Part shown: in pieces, positions 29,684 to 43,088 of the stretch
How positions within the stretch are numbered: the stretch's first letter is position 1
How the letters are laid out: each line of letters starts with the position of its first letter
From: Hormiphora californensis
Taxonomy: Eukaryota > Animalia > Ctenophora
Length of the DNA stretch: 64,000 nt
NCBI GenBank assembly: GCA_020137815.1
Contig: CM035358.1
Coordinates: 4,154,001 to 4,218,000, forward strand
Direction: 5' to 3'
Made by a program: the position numbers and the translations under genes
The notes under the pieces: model-generated
What the model saw: the letters and a program-made list of their open reading frames with translations, nothing else
Databases searched by the model: none
What the model was told of the DNA's origin: nothing

Positions 29684-32600
29684 TCACAACGAAGAAGAGA
29701 CGGACATCTGATCCTGATTGTCACAGGATTTCCCAACCTCCACATCCATGTTATCTGACCCTGTTCCTTCATTCCCAGCGGTGTTATCTGACCCGGTGGT
29801 GGTGTTGTTTGAAGGTTCCTGTTTCTGGCAGTTTTCCAAGAGAGTTTCAGGGGAGGTCAGGGACATGATAACATCGACGGGGTTCATGAATCGCACCATC
29901 GGGTTACTCTCTGCTAGGGTGTTCACCACGCTTTCGAAAAGGGCTTTGTCACCTGAGGGAGGGAGTGGGTGTTAGTGATCAGTGGGTGTCAGAGGGAGTG
30001 GGTGTTAGGGATACACGGGTGTCAGAGATGTTATAAACTATTGAATCGGGAACTCTGTTGTTGAAATCAGAAATGGGAATAGCTTTCAGACTGGTACTAT
30101 GTCTTCAAAACAAAATTATAAAAGGAATCCGAGTTCTTACCATCACTGAGACTGTTCAATATATCATCATTGTTGCTTTGCCCGGGACTACCAGCTGCTG
30201 CATCACTCTGTGGTACCGGAGGAGGGGGGAGAGTTGTGGGAATGGGTCGAACTGGGAGCATGGAAGGGGTCTTGGTGGTATCTAGTGATGCCACTGTGGG
30301 ACTGATCATGGGGGTATCGTCTCGAATCTGTGGGAGATGTGAGTGTTACAATTATGTAGGCCAGAATTAGCTGTTGCTTTAAATTTGTGTGCAAAAACGG
30401 ATCTTTTATTTGGAAAAGATGGAAATCTAAAAACACTGATTTTTTACTACAATCTCAACATATTATCTTATCAGCCTACCTTAGTAACGGGTACAGGCTC
30501 AGGTACCCAGCTGGCATCATAAGCCCACGCTGGACAATGGCTCGGTCGCCCTCTAGAACTCATAACATGATCCCTCCTGTAAACATGAGCAGTGGCCTTC
30601 AGCTGTCTCGCACTGCAAATCTTCTTGAACTCAAAATCAAGGTCAGCCTTGCATTGGACCATGAGATCCGAGGACCAGGGTAGTCTGCGGACGACTCGGG
30701 GTCGGGGTCCCTCTCGGGATTCGACCGTGTTGTCTTCTTCTTCACTTGACATGTAGTCCAGGGTTAGGGTCTCCTCCATCATAGCCTTGCGTTCTGGTGT
30801 CCATGTCACCTGGGAGAAGTTGGTGGTTAGAGAGGGGTACCAGTGGGTTAGAAAGGGTTAGAGAGAGGTGAGAGGATGGGTTAGAGAGGGGTAGAGAGAG
30901 GTGAGAGGATGGTTTAGAGGGGTACCAGTGGCTTAGAAAGGGGTAGAGGGGTTCCAGATGGATTAGAGGGGTACCAGTGGGTTAGAAAGGGGTAGAGGGG
31001 TTCCAGATGGATTAGAGGGGTACCACTGGGTTAGAGAGGGGTACCAGTGGGTTAGAAAGGGGTAGAGGGGTTCCAGATGGATTAGAGGGGTACCAGTGGG
31101 TTAGAGAGGGTTAGAGAGAGGTGAGAGGATGGTTTAGAAAGGGGTAGAGACGGGGTTGGTGGTTAGAGAGGGGTAGCCTGCACTTGTCTAGAACTTGTAG
31201 GGACGTACCAGGTTGATGGCTTTTTGTCGTGACTTCAGTTTCCTTTTCATGATTTCTCGCCTGATGATCATTCTCCTGTGGTTGTTCTTCTTGCCGCTCA
31301 ATTCCCGCTGTCTGTCGTCCTTAGGACGCAATCTCTATGCATTGGAGGGAAAAGGGTCAAAAGCGTTTACTCATTTCAGGTTTGTGTTCAGTTGGTTGAG
31401 AAGAACTAGCAATTTACGGACAATAAATTGTTACAATTAAACAGCTGAAATTTTCCCTTTGAGTACGTTGGCCAGATAGAACGATTTCGACAATTTAATA
31501 GTAACATAACGGCGAGATAAAACGTTCTCAAGGAATGGTCATCTCTTGCCACAAACATAGACGGAGATTGAAATTCATATCAGAAACGCTTCGTGAGTAG
31601 AATTCAGGATCTGTTCAGCATAACACAAACGCCAATTGAAGTTTGGCTGATTAGGAAGTGGTTCCACGTCTTTGTTCGGAGACGAAATGCGATTTCTAAT
31701 TCCTGTAACTACGCTTGTACGAGATTTGATAGATGAGATTATGAGTTTGAAGCATAATTTCGTCAATTGTCTGAAAAATCATTTATAGTCCCGAGTTATT
31801 CGGACTAGAACCAGGCGTAGAGGTGTAGAAGTAGAGGTGTATGATTTCACAGATTTAAACTGATGGGTGGTTGGGGCAAGAGTGAAAGTGATCGATGGTT
31901 AGGTAAGCGGGTGTGGAGAGTACCACTGTCTAAACTTGTATCCCGTTCATGGTTTTTTCTCTCATTCTTTTCATAATTTGTCTGAATCATCCTCCGTGGG
32001 TTTTTCCTACCCCTCGTCACTGGCCCGCCATAGCTTATTTCATCTGCAGAAAAAGGGTCAAAACTTATACATCATTGTCTTTTGTCTTCAGTTTTTTACA
32101 AAATAGCGTATAATTCTTATATTTTTGTTAAGGAGTTTGATCAGAACCACCGCAGTTAACCCAATCAGACTCGTTATTTAGTCACGTGCTGGTTATCACA
32201 ACAGGACGTATTTCGGATTGGCGGTCGAGTTTGATACTTACATAACATGTCTGATTCATCCCAAACGCAGTTCGTAGTTGTCTTTTTGATGTGGCCAATC
32301 ACTTGCCAGTAAACCTGCACATTGTGAGCACTCTCCTGACCTTGATGTAGGTCAAAGGGGAGGATGGCCTCCCTTCGAACCAGCTCCCGGTAGACGTTCT
32401 TTACTATCGACTGAGGGTAAATGAGTGGTGTTAGAATCGGGAGGGGAGTGGTGTTAGAATTGAAAGGGCAGGGGTTGGGTAAGGGCAGTTGAGGGATGTT
32501 ACTATGACATTGGATTTCATGGGGAGTGAAATCAAGGAGAAATATGATGTGACAGTGTCACATTTTCTCTTACCCTACACGCGGCTGGCACGTTACTTTT

Positions 32601-33081
32601 CAGTTTTGTATCAATTCCAGCTGCCCCTCTCAGTCTCTTGCTGCTCGGTGTCGATCCAAGATCAGTGGGGTAGGGTGAGGTCCAGGGTGTTGACAGGCTG
32701 TCCCCAAGGGGTGTCGGAGATAGGGACAGTTCGGGACTGTGGATCTTGAAGAGGGAGCTGAGGGCCACGGGTGATGGGTAGGCTAAACTTGGCTATTGGG
32801 AGAGAATTTTGGTTAGATTAGAGATATTTAAAACATGCAAATACCGTCGATAAGATATGCAAATATATCGTTGATATATGCACATGGTACTACATATGGT
32901 ACATACCGTGGTTGAGGTAGATTGTGATGGAGTGGTTGTCGTATCCAATACAGGTATCTGTATCTTGGGGATGGCAGGTGATGCCGGGATATCTTGATCC
33001 TTGTTAGATAGCTGTTTACGGAGTTCCTTTATCTCCTCTAGGGCCACGGACAGACAGGTCATTAGCTGCTTATTGATTTCC
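29684..33081 (-). CDS. Multi-exon gene, C14orf93/DUF4616-like protein (5' part lost in garbled sequence; some exons contain errors)
   Basis: Exon blocks: coiled coil EINKQLMTCLSVALEEIKELRKQL (~33081-32907); SIVKNVYRELVRREAILPFDLHQGQESAHNVQVY (~32410-32240); basic RRMIIRREIMKRKLKSRQKA (~31330-31190); TLDYMSSEEED...RRLPWSSDLMVQCKADLD...SSRGRPSHCPAWA (30809-30480); low-complexity 3' exons to the stop at 29684. The family call rests on motif recall only. Confidence 0.5.
30830..31175. repeat. Degenerate intronic minisatellite (GGTTAGAGAGGGGTACCAGTG-like)
   Basis: Repeated ~20-bp units with variants. Confidence 0.85.
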
Positions 33082-33299
33082 CTGGGAGAGAGAATTGTTA
33101 GATCATGGGGGGGGTTGTTTTAGATTTTGATAGGGGTGGGGTTCAGGCTGGGTTGGATGTTGGATAAGTAAAGAGTAAATATTGTATTCTGTGAGATTCA
33201 GAGAAGATGATTGTTGGAGGGCTGCATGCACCTCTCTCTAGATCTGGGAGAAGGGAGACTTCCGTAAGCAACACCTTGTGAGGGTGGAGAAGTGAAATT

Positions 33300-35300
33300 G
33301 TGTATTGTTCTTGTTTCAATTTGTCTCCCTGGAAAAGGGGGAAAAGGAAAGGGGAGAGAAAAGGAAAAGGGCCGAGAGAAAGAAGAGGGGGAGAGAGGAA
33401 AAGAGAGGAGAAAAAGGGAAAGGGGGGGGAGAGGGAAGGAAGAGAAGCCCCTCCTGCCAAAGGGAAAACCCACTCCCCCATGCCAAAACCGTAAAAGTTT
33501 CTCCCTGGGGATTTACACGTTTTGCGGGAAAAAGAGGGAGGGGAGGGGAGGATTATTGCGGTTTTAGTTTTGAAAATTACACACTACAATTGTAAGGGTT
33601 GTTGGGGAAATTGGGGAAATTCAATTGGAAAGGAATAAAAAAGAAAGGGGTTGTAAAATCAAAATGGGATTTTGAAATTTTTATTTTCAACGTTTTAGTG
33701 TTTTGGCTTTTCTCGGATTTATTGGAAAAAACAATTCCAGGAGTCACTGGGGTTTAAAACCCTTTATATTGAAAAAAAAATTTTAAAATTTTTTTTTTGG
33801 TTTTTTTTCCCCTTCCCTTTTGGGGGGGCGGGGAATTGGGGAAACTGTGGGGAAGGGAAAAAAAATTTTTATTACCCCAATTTTTAAAAGGGGTTAGTTG
33901 GGGGTTTTTTTTTATTTTAAAATTTTTAATGTTGTTTTTGAAAAGGAAAATTTAATTCCTTTGAGGAGGCTGGGGTGCGCAAGGGGGTGGTAAAAAAAAT
34001 AAACCCCGACAACCCTTTTTTTGGATTCCGGGGGTTGGGGTTCCCCCTGTTTGTTTTGGGGTTTTTTTTTTATTCTTCATTTTGGACAAAATACGGGACT
34101 CAGGGGGGGAGGGGGGGAAAGGACCGGGAAGGGGGGAAGGGAAATGGGGATGTTTAAAGGGGAGGGATTTTTAGTTTTAATTTTTTTTGGGGTTCCCTTA
34201 AAAGAAGGCCTTAGGAAAACACGATTTTAAAAGGGAAAAATGGGGGGGGGGGGGAGGGGTGGTGGGACAGTTTTCCCCCTTTTTTGAAGGGGGAAAAATT
34301 TTTTTGAAAGGGGGGGGTTGGGGGGAAACCAATGCGTAATTTTTATTACCCTCCGAACCCGGGTCTTAAAAACAAGGTTAAAAAAGAAAAAAAAGGGGTT
34401 TGGTGGGGGAAAAGAAAGAAATTTTTAAAAAAAAAGGGAAAACCAGGAAACAAAAAAAAAAAGAATCTTTCTTTCCCCCCAAAAAGGGGGGGAAGAGAGA
34501 GAGAGAGAGGGGAGAGAGAGAGAGAGAGGAGAGAGGGGGAGAGAGAAGGAGAAGAGAGAGAAAAAGAGAGAGAAAAAAAGGCGACTGCAATTACGGAAGA
34601 CCTCGGAAAAACATTCCTTTTCCGAGGGTTGTTTGGCAAAAAGAGAGTACTGATTTTTAGGGGGCCCCGGACGGTGCCCCACCGCCTCCAAAACAAACCC
34701 CAAAAACGGAAAATAGCAAAAGGAATTTGTTATTTAAAAAGAGAACAACACAGCAGCCCCCCCCACCCTGGCAACCGCTTTTTTTCTATTTGGGGCTAAA
34801 AAGAAAGGATTTTTTTTAGTGAGGAAGGAGGGGGACTTTTATATGGTTTTGGATGACGCTGCGGTGGAGGGGTTGGAGCTAGGGGTCCTTACAAAAAACG
34901 TTAGCCTGCAATGGGAATGGGAAGGGCGATCACCTCACCCACATCCCAAAATCTGGTGTTTGAAGCAAAAAAGAGTCAAGGAGGGCCGGATCTCCCATCA
35001 AACAGAGCATTGGGTCAAATGGGGCAATTCATCTAATTAAGAAAGGGGGACCAAACTACTCTACTTGAGGGAGGAGGGGAGGGAAAGGGTTTTGGGGGTC
35101 TGATTCCCACTCATTAGCAATCTGTCCAATTGCAAGAGGGGGGGACAAAAAAGGGGTGGTTTTAATTAACAAGCGCGGTGAGATGTGGCCCCAAATAAAC
35201 TAGAGGGGGGGGATCTTTCCCTCTCGCCCCCTAGAGGGGGGGTTGGAGAGCACCAGAGAGGTAGCCTTAGAAATGCTGGGGGGGGGGACGGATTCTGTGG
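33300..35300. other. Low-quality homopolymer-rich sequence (likely unpolished long-read consensus)
   Basis: Same homopolymer signature as 24.5-25.9 kb; similar shorter blocks at ~26750-27050 and ~36390-36900. Confidence 0.75.
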
Positions 35301-35561
35301 ATCCCGGGTTGGTACTGGGCCTAGCTCAATGATGCATCATTGATCCACTCTCACAACTTCTCAGAAATATCTCCCCAATTTCCATTGTTGAGTAAGGGGT
35401 GGAGGGGTCTCTCTCCCAATATATCCACACATTGTTTCCATCACGTACTACCAGTCACATGGTCCATACAATGCATTCGGCCACACGATGAATCAATGAT
35501 GCCATCATAATCACCGCTGAGAGGCCCAATACCAACGGGATTTGTTGGAAAGAAACACACG

Positions 35562-35658
<97 letters not shown>

Positions 35659-38428
35659 CTCTCTCTCCCCTCTCTCCCCTCTCTCTCTAATCGCTCTCCC
35701 TCCAGACACTCCGTCCCCAGGCATCTGCCGTATAACGGGGCTGGACGATTTGTTGGAACAATGGAAAACGCATACAGTTACACTGTACAACACATATCCT
35801 GTTCGGATCCCTGCAGAACGTCCTCCCCCACTAACGCGAGGAAGAACAATCCGTAGTGGGGTTCCACCAATCACAGACGAGAATGGGTGTCACGTGATAT
35901 TTCGGAGCTAGTTGAAGTTGTGAGATAATAGCACTGTTTCAGCACACACTTACACCACGTCCCATATATCTCACACATATCATGAGAGAGGGTGGAAGTA
36001 TAACGGTTAAGGTAGCTCCGTTCTGTCACGTGACCTCCATATTATGCTTGGAAATGTTCCTGAGCTGACCAGCTACCATGGATAAATTGGTGTCGGGTAG
36101 CGATTAATGATTATGGATATCTGATTGGCCTGGTCTACCAGGAAAAAAGGCCAGCAAACTTGAGTCGCTTGACACTGTTCAAAAAGAAAGTATGAACCAT
36201 TCAACCACAAACCCCGTTTGCGCATGACAAATTGTGACACACAGTGTGTGACACACCCCAATGACACCCTATTGTTAGTGTCATGAACCCTAATTACACA
36301 AGATTATTGGTTCTCCTACCTGACTCACAAGATCTAAATGGTTCAGAAAATTGTGAATTAATTTTTCATATGACTGAGATCGCCACATAGCTGGTGGCGA
36401 AAAAAAGAAAAGGGGTGCCCATACCAAAACCTTCAAGTTTTAGAAGAGGGAGAATAAGAGAAGAAAGAGAAGAGAAGACTCAAAAGGGTACCCGGGTAGC
36501 CCGGCCATTTATTTCCCCCCGTCCTCTCTCTTTTTATCTCGCCTCTCATGAATACCTCTCTCTCCTTTTTCTCTTCTTTTCATTTTTCCCTCTCTCCCTC
36601 TCTCCTTCTCTTCCCCTTCTCTTCCCTCTCCCTTCTCCCCCCCTCTCTCTTCTCTCTCTTTTCCCCGCCCTCCGGGGGAAAAAATCGTATTTTCCCCCTC
36701 TTTTCGGAAAAAGGGAAAAAAATCCGTGGCCCCAAACTCTGACCTCGAAAAGCTGTATTGTTTTTCCCTGCTTAAGCTATTTTTATGGGAATCCCGGGGA
36801 GTCAAACAAAGCAAAAGGGGGGTAGAGAAGAAGAGATTGTTACTTTTACTAGAGAGAGATAGAGAAGAGGGGGAGAGAAAAGATGCAATCCAGCGGTGAG
36901 AGGTCCAATTCCGTCCCCTGGAACACAATTTTCTCGGCCGGTGGCGGTACATTAATTCGTATTGAAAAGAATTCTGAAACTTACTTTATTAATTCATGAC
37001 TCCACCCCCGGTATGAACAATACAAGAACCACCCCCTCTCCACCCCTTTCCTAATACTGATGGAACCACCAACCTTGATATCCCATCATTTTATGAAATA
37101 ATATATGTAATATGAGCTTACACTCGGGTTTCCTGGTGTCCGCGATACACATCACCATTCAACACCAACTTGAACTATGAAGAAGATCTGTCCGTACAAA
37201 AAACGCAACATCTTTGTTCAAAGCCACATGGGATTCTGAGTAGGCGGAAAACACTGTAGCGCATCCGAATGTCCGCCGCCAACATTAGCTTTATTATCTT
37301 CTCTATCTCACACTGTTTCTATCTCCCTCTCTCAGTCCCTCTCTCTCAGTCCCCCTCTCTCTCTCCCTCTCTCTCTCTCTGATCCCTACTCTAATATCTC
37401 ATTCGCAATCTCACTCGGAAGTAAGACTCTCACTCAGATCTCGCTAGAACTCAAAGCTGAGATGAACCGTCCTCACGCGGCAAGGAGTTACTAAAAACAT
37501 TGATTTTCAACAAAACTATAAACTAAAAACATTGGTTTGCAACAAAACTATAACTATTGATTTGCAACAAAACCTACGTGTGAGACTTGTAAACAGTCCA
37601 CACCTCCGGATCAGCTATATAATAGTCTCCAAGCTTACAGAGGGTGAACAAGCACCGGATCAGAACGCCAACCAGCCAATCAGGGACGAGTATCCGGGTC
37701 ACGTGATATGTGGCAGCCAATCAGAGCTCCCCTCGATCCAGGGGGAGGAAATGCAGGAGCAGCGGGGGATGCGGCGTTTTTTGCGTGTGCTAGCTGCTGC
37801 AAAATAAAGTAACATACAGCTGCCCATTGCTGCAGTTGTTAGAAGTCTATTATCTCGACCAAAACGCAGAGTTTCTACGTCATCCGACCCGAAACCGGCT
37901 TAAATTTGGCCACCCGCTAGTCTCAGAACATCCAAATATGTCAAAATATGTTTAAATTTTCGTTTGGGGTCATTTAGACCCTCCTTTAATTACATTTTAA
38001 TTACATGTAATTACTTCCAATTACTTTCACCGGTTTCAGGACCTCGAGAGCTTTCGAACGCACCCTAGAACACCTTTCTACTCCTTCTAATTGCCCGCCA
38101 GATATGCATACCCCCTATTGAGTGTTTTTCAATTGTCGCGTCCTATCCCTTATGGGTTTGAGCACGGCCATCACTGCACCCCCTATACGTCATGGGACCT
38201 CGAGACCATTCCAAGAAAACCTCTATGACGTCAGGGGGCTTCAAAACTTTTACAATACTTCTATAAATAACTATATGATAACTTTGAGGGATCAGAGTTC
38301 TTCCATCATGCCCATTGCCTGGATAGGATAGACTGTGATTCGGGCGCCCTGTATTAAGGGAGGTTTAGAACATAACAACATACCCATACAGGTTCATATT
38401 ATATCTGGTGGATGGGCAAGGTTTCCAC

Positions 38429-38537
38429 CAGGAACCGACTTACACAAGTAAACAACCAATCAGAACTTATTATTTAGGTCACGTGACTGGTTATCAGCCA
38501 ATCAGGGACTAGTATTTCCTGATTCGGTAGGTTCCTG
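38429..38537. mobile_element. hAT-like MITE family A
   Basis: CAGGAACCGAC...GGTAGGTTCCTG; 8-bp TSD GTTTCCAC / GTGTCCAC. Confidence 0.88.
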
Positions 38538-38910
38538 GTGTCCACCTCCCCTTCTTTCTCTCATGATTCTTTCCAGTATAATTTCAATCTCGTTCCGATA
38601 TATAGAATACGAATTGTACGAAATTCAGATGTATGGGTGTGGTTGATGATGAAATTTTCATTTTTATTTAGGTTAACCAAATACTCATTGAATGATTAAC
38701 GCACTAACGCAGTATAATTACTGTACATTTTTAACACATTGGCAGCTTATTGCAAATAAATAACATTAACAAAATCACTAAACAACATTATAGCTTGATA
38801 GATTTGTTCGTTAAAAGTATACTTTATCAACAATAGATGAGTAGTTATTATAATAAAAGCGGGCGCCGGTCAATGTCCCTATAATTGCTGCTCGCGTCCA
38901 CCCGCACCGC

Positions 38911-38948
38911 TTGGTGACACCTGTCACGCCAGGTGTCTATGTCACCAA
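38911..38948. mobile_element. Ultra-short MITE family B (38 bp)
   Basis: TTGGTGACA...TGTCACCAA; 9-bp TSD CCGCACCGC / CCGCACCGT. Confidence 0.75.
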
Positions 38949-38989
38949 CCGCACCGTTAGTCCATAAAGACGAGAAGTACCTTGAACGC

Positions 38990-39618
38990 AACTCACTCCA
39001 AGCCATAGTATTAACCTTCTCAACCAAGATCAGTATTACTCAATACCACATTGACCCGTCTTTCCCCGCAACAGTTCCGGGTTGTAGGACAATACTAAAC
39101 AATAGACTGTTTATTGGTGTCAAACAACTGGGAACTAGCAATACCTCCTCCCATCCCTTACTTCCCACCCCTCCCGTCCCCAACCCCCCCCCCCCCATTG
39201 CCCTACCATCCTACCGAGTCCTCACCCGGGTGCGTTTCCTGCTCAATCTAGGCCGCTACGCGGCCTAGATCTCGCCCCAGAAGTACTCGGTAAGGCGGGG
39301 CAACTCCCCCTGCTTGCTTCCCCCCACCCAGTTCGTCAGTCTGTCTGAAACCTATCACAGGTGCCCTACGGCGCAGTGTAGAGGCCGTGCCCGAAACCAC
39401 GACAGCAACTTTGTTTGACAAAACTGCTCTGCATGTTATCGAGATTGTTAACATACACTAGTGATTAAGTGAGTCAGACAGTGCCGGTTTGAGAAAAACT
39501 GGGGTCAAACAAGGGTCAGCGTTAAGAGCTGTTACTTTCTAGTGTAACACCAACAGAGATGGTCTATTACCAAGGAAGGGGAATATGCCGCACAGAGGAA
39601 GAAAAAAAAAGAAAAAAA
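38990..39618 (+). mobile_element. Poly(A)-tailed retroposed insertion (5'-truncated LINE, SINE or retrocopy)
   Basis: 15-bp TSD AAGTACCTTGAACGC at 38975-38989 and 39619-39633; A-rich tail 39599-39620. Confidence 0.85.
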
Positions 39619-39764
39619 AAGTACCTTGAACGCTGATAATACAATTCACGTCTATGTAACCATTAACAGTTTGGAAGGCCTTCTCTAAAGGTCACTGTTT
39701 AGAAAGCCGGAAGGTCGTATCTGCTTGACATATGTAATTATGGTCTGTTTCAAATTAGAAATTT

Positions 39765-42700
39765 TCAAAATGCCGTCTCTTGGAGAGGGAGAGTTCCTTC
39801 CGCCGGTTCCTGTTCGTTGGAAGTCTGGAGGGCCGTTATGAAACTATTCGCAGTGCGTCTCAAAACTCGTGCCGGCCCAAGCAAGAGACCAAAGTAGAAT
39901 GTGGAATCATACAGCAGGGGATTTATCACCGAGTTGATGGGGATGATAAGAATAGAAAAGAAGGGATACCAAGTTGACGCATTTATGGCTTCGGAGAGGT
40001 GCAGAAATGAAACAATGCTCAATGGAACCCAGCAGAAGAAATCAGTTAGGATTATTGCAGAGATTTTAGCTTGAAGAGCTCTGTTGACGCCTTGCCGACC
40101 CGCTGCAGCTCCAACATTCCGGCCGGATTGTTGGGTTTTAAAGCTGATGTATCCGTAGCTGATGAAGATGAAGATGAAACACAGGAAATTTACCAGAAGA
40201 ATGGATGTTGAAAATACCCATTGGGGGTCGTCACGGGTAACTAGATATTTAAACACACAGACTCCGTCATTGCCGTAAAAATGGACGGTAGAATTCGGTA
40301 TTCCTGAAAATAATGTAGAATTTAACTGCTAGTATTTTGCTTTTACTTATACATAACGCTATGAATTTCACGCACACGCACGTCACAAACACCCTTTTTA
40401 ATTACCTCCATGATCTGATGAAAACATTTCTTTGACCGTTGAGCGGATAGCTTCCCAGGAGAACGAGGCTTTCTCCCACGACATTGATCGTCCTTCAAAG
40501 TACTCCTTGAAAACCTTGTAGTGGTTGATCTTACTGACGGGCCGGATAAAAAGCGGCGATCCATAGTAGTACAGCCCGTTGACAAAGTAGTCCTCGGTGA
40601 ATGACAAAATCGGTGTTACTGCAATGATGACACTTGCCAGAAGTGGAACAGCTAGCAGCAACACAAGCTTGGCAGCAGACTTGTAGCTAAACAAGTCCCG
40701 TTGAATGAGGTTTCCAATGTTTGCCTAGTCGGGTGATACTAAGCATTGTCATCGCAAAGAGTGACAGTTGCGATCCCGTGGTACTTAGGACTCCGAGGAA
40801 GGAACACTCACTGGAGCTGAACCATTGGTATTTTTCTTGACAGTAGTTGCCATTAGCGTTGTAGATGAAGTCAAAATAGGATAACAGCAGAAGGTACACA
40901 CCAATCATCAAGTCACCAAGGTTTATCAAAACAATGGCGAATTTGTTCAGGAACATTTCATACGTCTTTTGTCGGGGCAACTCCCAAGCTGATCTTATCA
41001 GTGAAATAGTGTTCAGGGAAGTTGAAATCACGCCCATAGACAAGCTTGCAGATCTCAGAAAATGGTTCCCAAAGATGTTCTTATTTGTAGATGGACAACC
41101 TTGTGAGCATTCGTCGGAAAAGTCACGGCAGTGCACCACGCCATCGCACACTTGGGATAGGGCCACTAGTTCCAATATGTTTTTGTTGTTACACTGAAAG
41201 TGATTTGCACAGAATTTCTCATCAGAGCCATCATTGCAGTCGTCTTTAAGATTGCAAACATCCCGATAGGAGACACATCTTTTGTTGTCACACGGAAATA
41301 TTTTATTGTCGTAGAAGCCGGGGTCTTTTGCAGTTTTGAACAGCGTCGTTGTACTTGGAATGGCAGTGTCTGCCAGAGCTCGAACTACAGAATCCTTTTT
41401 GTTTATACAAGTGTCTCCAGGGATTTTCTTCAAGGGACATTCAGCATTCAGACAGATGTTGTTGCATGCTGCATAGACATAGTTCGCACCAAAAAGATGG
41501 GAGCAGTCGACCTTTGTCTCAGGAATCCTTACGAGCACAGGTTGTTGGACATTTAGTACAGTTTTGACGAATCCAGCAGTGTGTTCTACTGTGTTGCACT
41601 TTCCCAGTTGCCTTTCCAGATCGGCAGCTCCGGTTGGAAAACAATGCTGAATGAAGTGCTGATCCTGGCTAGTGATAAAGGTATCGATGAGATTTGTTAC
41701 ATCAATGTCCGTTTGCCGGGCCGCGTTACACAGCTTTTCCTCAAACGAGCATGTGTTTATTCTGTCGCAAAGATTGTTCAAGTCAATATACTTTCTCTCT
41801 AAAGGACAGAGAAGAACGTCCGTACATTCAGTTTCCAACTCTTGATATCTGGTGTAGTAGTCAGCTCCACATTTTAACCACTTTTCCTCATCTTCATCCA
41901 TTCCATCGAGACAGTCCACTTCTCCGTCCATAACCCACTCCAATGGAATCAGTAAGGGGACGTTATTCTCCACGTTTGGAGAATGGAATCTTCTGATGCA
42001 GGTCACATTTGTGAAATCTTTACAAGTTTCGTCCCCTCCGTTATTGCAATCTCGATGTCCATCACACAGCTGCCCCTTGTGAATGTTGCATCCTAGTTCT
42101 GGATCAACACAAGCGTTATTGTACCCGTCATCACAAAGTTTATATCCCTGGCAGTATCCCCAGATGGATATGGTAGTGGGGAAGCCCTCGGAGAGGCACT
42201 GCATAGTAACCCTTTCAGGATCACTGCAGTTTGTCTGATCCTGTCTGTTTGGACAAGCGGACCTGTCAGGGTGGAAACATCTCATGTTATCTTGGATTTT
42301 TATTATTTCAGAATAAATGTTTTGACAGGTGGTATGATCAGCAACAGTCCAATTAAAACATTCTTCTATCTCGTCTTTGCCTTTGTCACAATTCGGATAT
42401 CCATTGCAGATATAACTAGGGGGGACGTATATGAGTTTTTTACTGTAGCTTCCTTTACACCTCATACCATATTGTACTCCATTGCAATCTGATTCATCTG
42501 AACAAAAGTCATCCTCGCAGATATTGTTACACTTTGTTGTGAAACTGTTTATATCGCTACATCCAACCATGTTCAGTTCAGTGTTTACACATGCACCACT
42601 GATGCAACGGGGGTTAGAAATCCAACCATAGGCGGGATCCGTTGATCGTTTGCAAATGAAGGTTCCACAAAGCAATGGTATCCCAGCTAGTTCTCTGGAA

Positions 42701-42969
42701 CCTGTACAACCACCGTGTCCACATGCCTGGTAGAATCCTGGATCCGAAGGACAAACGGTGCTGAATTTATTACTACAATCAGCACTAGACGTGCGCCAAG
42801 TATGATACGTAATGTTTGATCTTGGACACTTGAAAAATGTGTCGTAACGGTCTGGTCTGGGGCAATGTTTGTGAAGGTATCCGTTCACTTCTGTCAGATT
42901 GCATTCAGCCGATGAAATATCCCCTCCAACAACTCTTGTCAGGAGCAGTCCAAACACAAATAACATCAT
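39765..42969 (-). CDS. GRL101/LGR-like GPCR with LDL-receptor class A ectodomain (no LRRs); 2 exons, one +1 frameshift
   Basis: Signal peptide, multiple LDLa repeats (CNGYPNCDKGKDE, CDGHRDCNNGGDE, CNLKDDCNDGSDE), 7TM motifs NLGDLMIGVYL, CSFLGVLST, FYGNDGVC, TDFFCWVP, PINSVINPLLY. GT-AG intron 40405-40304. An extra base near 40724 breaks ..TRL-ANIGNLIQRDLFSYK. Confidence 0.9.
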
Positions 42970-43088
42970 TTACTAAAAAAGTTATTTTGTTTCAGTGGGT
43001 CAGCAGCAGATCTTTTCTTGATCACAGATCGGATCACAGTGACATGCAGTCATGACTGCTTATAAGCACTATAGTGCTTGTACATAGT

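Noticed and set aside
31925-32230. Degenerate second copy of the 31180-31395 exon (possible mutually exclusive exon)
   Set aside because: Riddled with single-base deletions, as is the adjacent MITE copy; this looks like noisy-read sequence or mis-assembly, so it cannot be interpreted.
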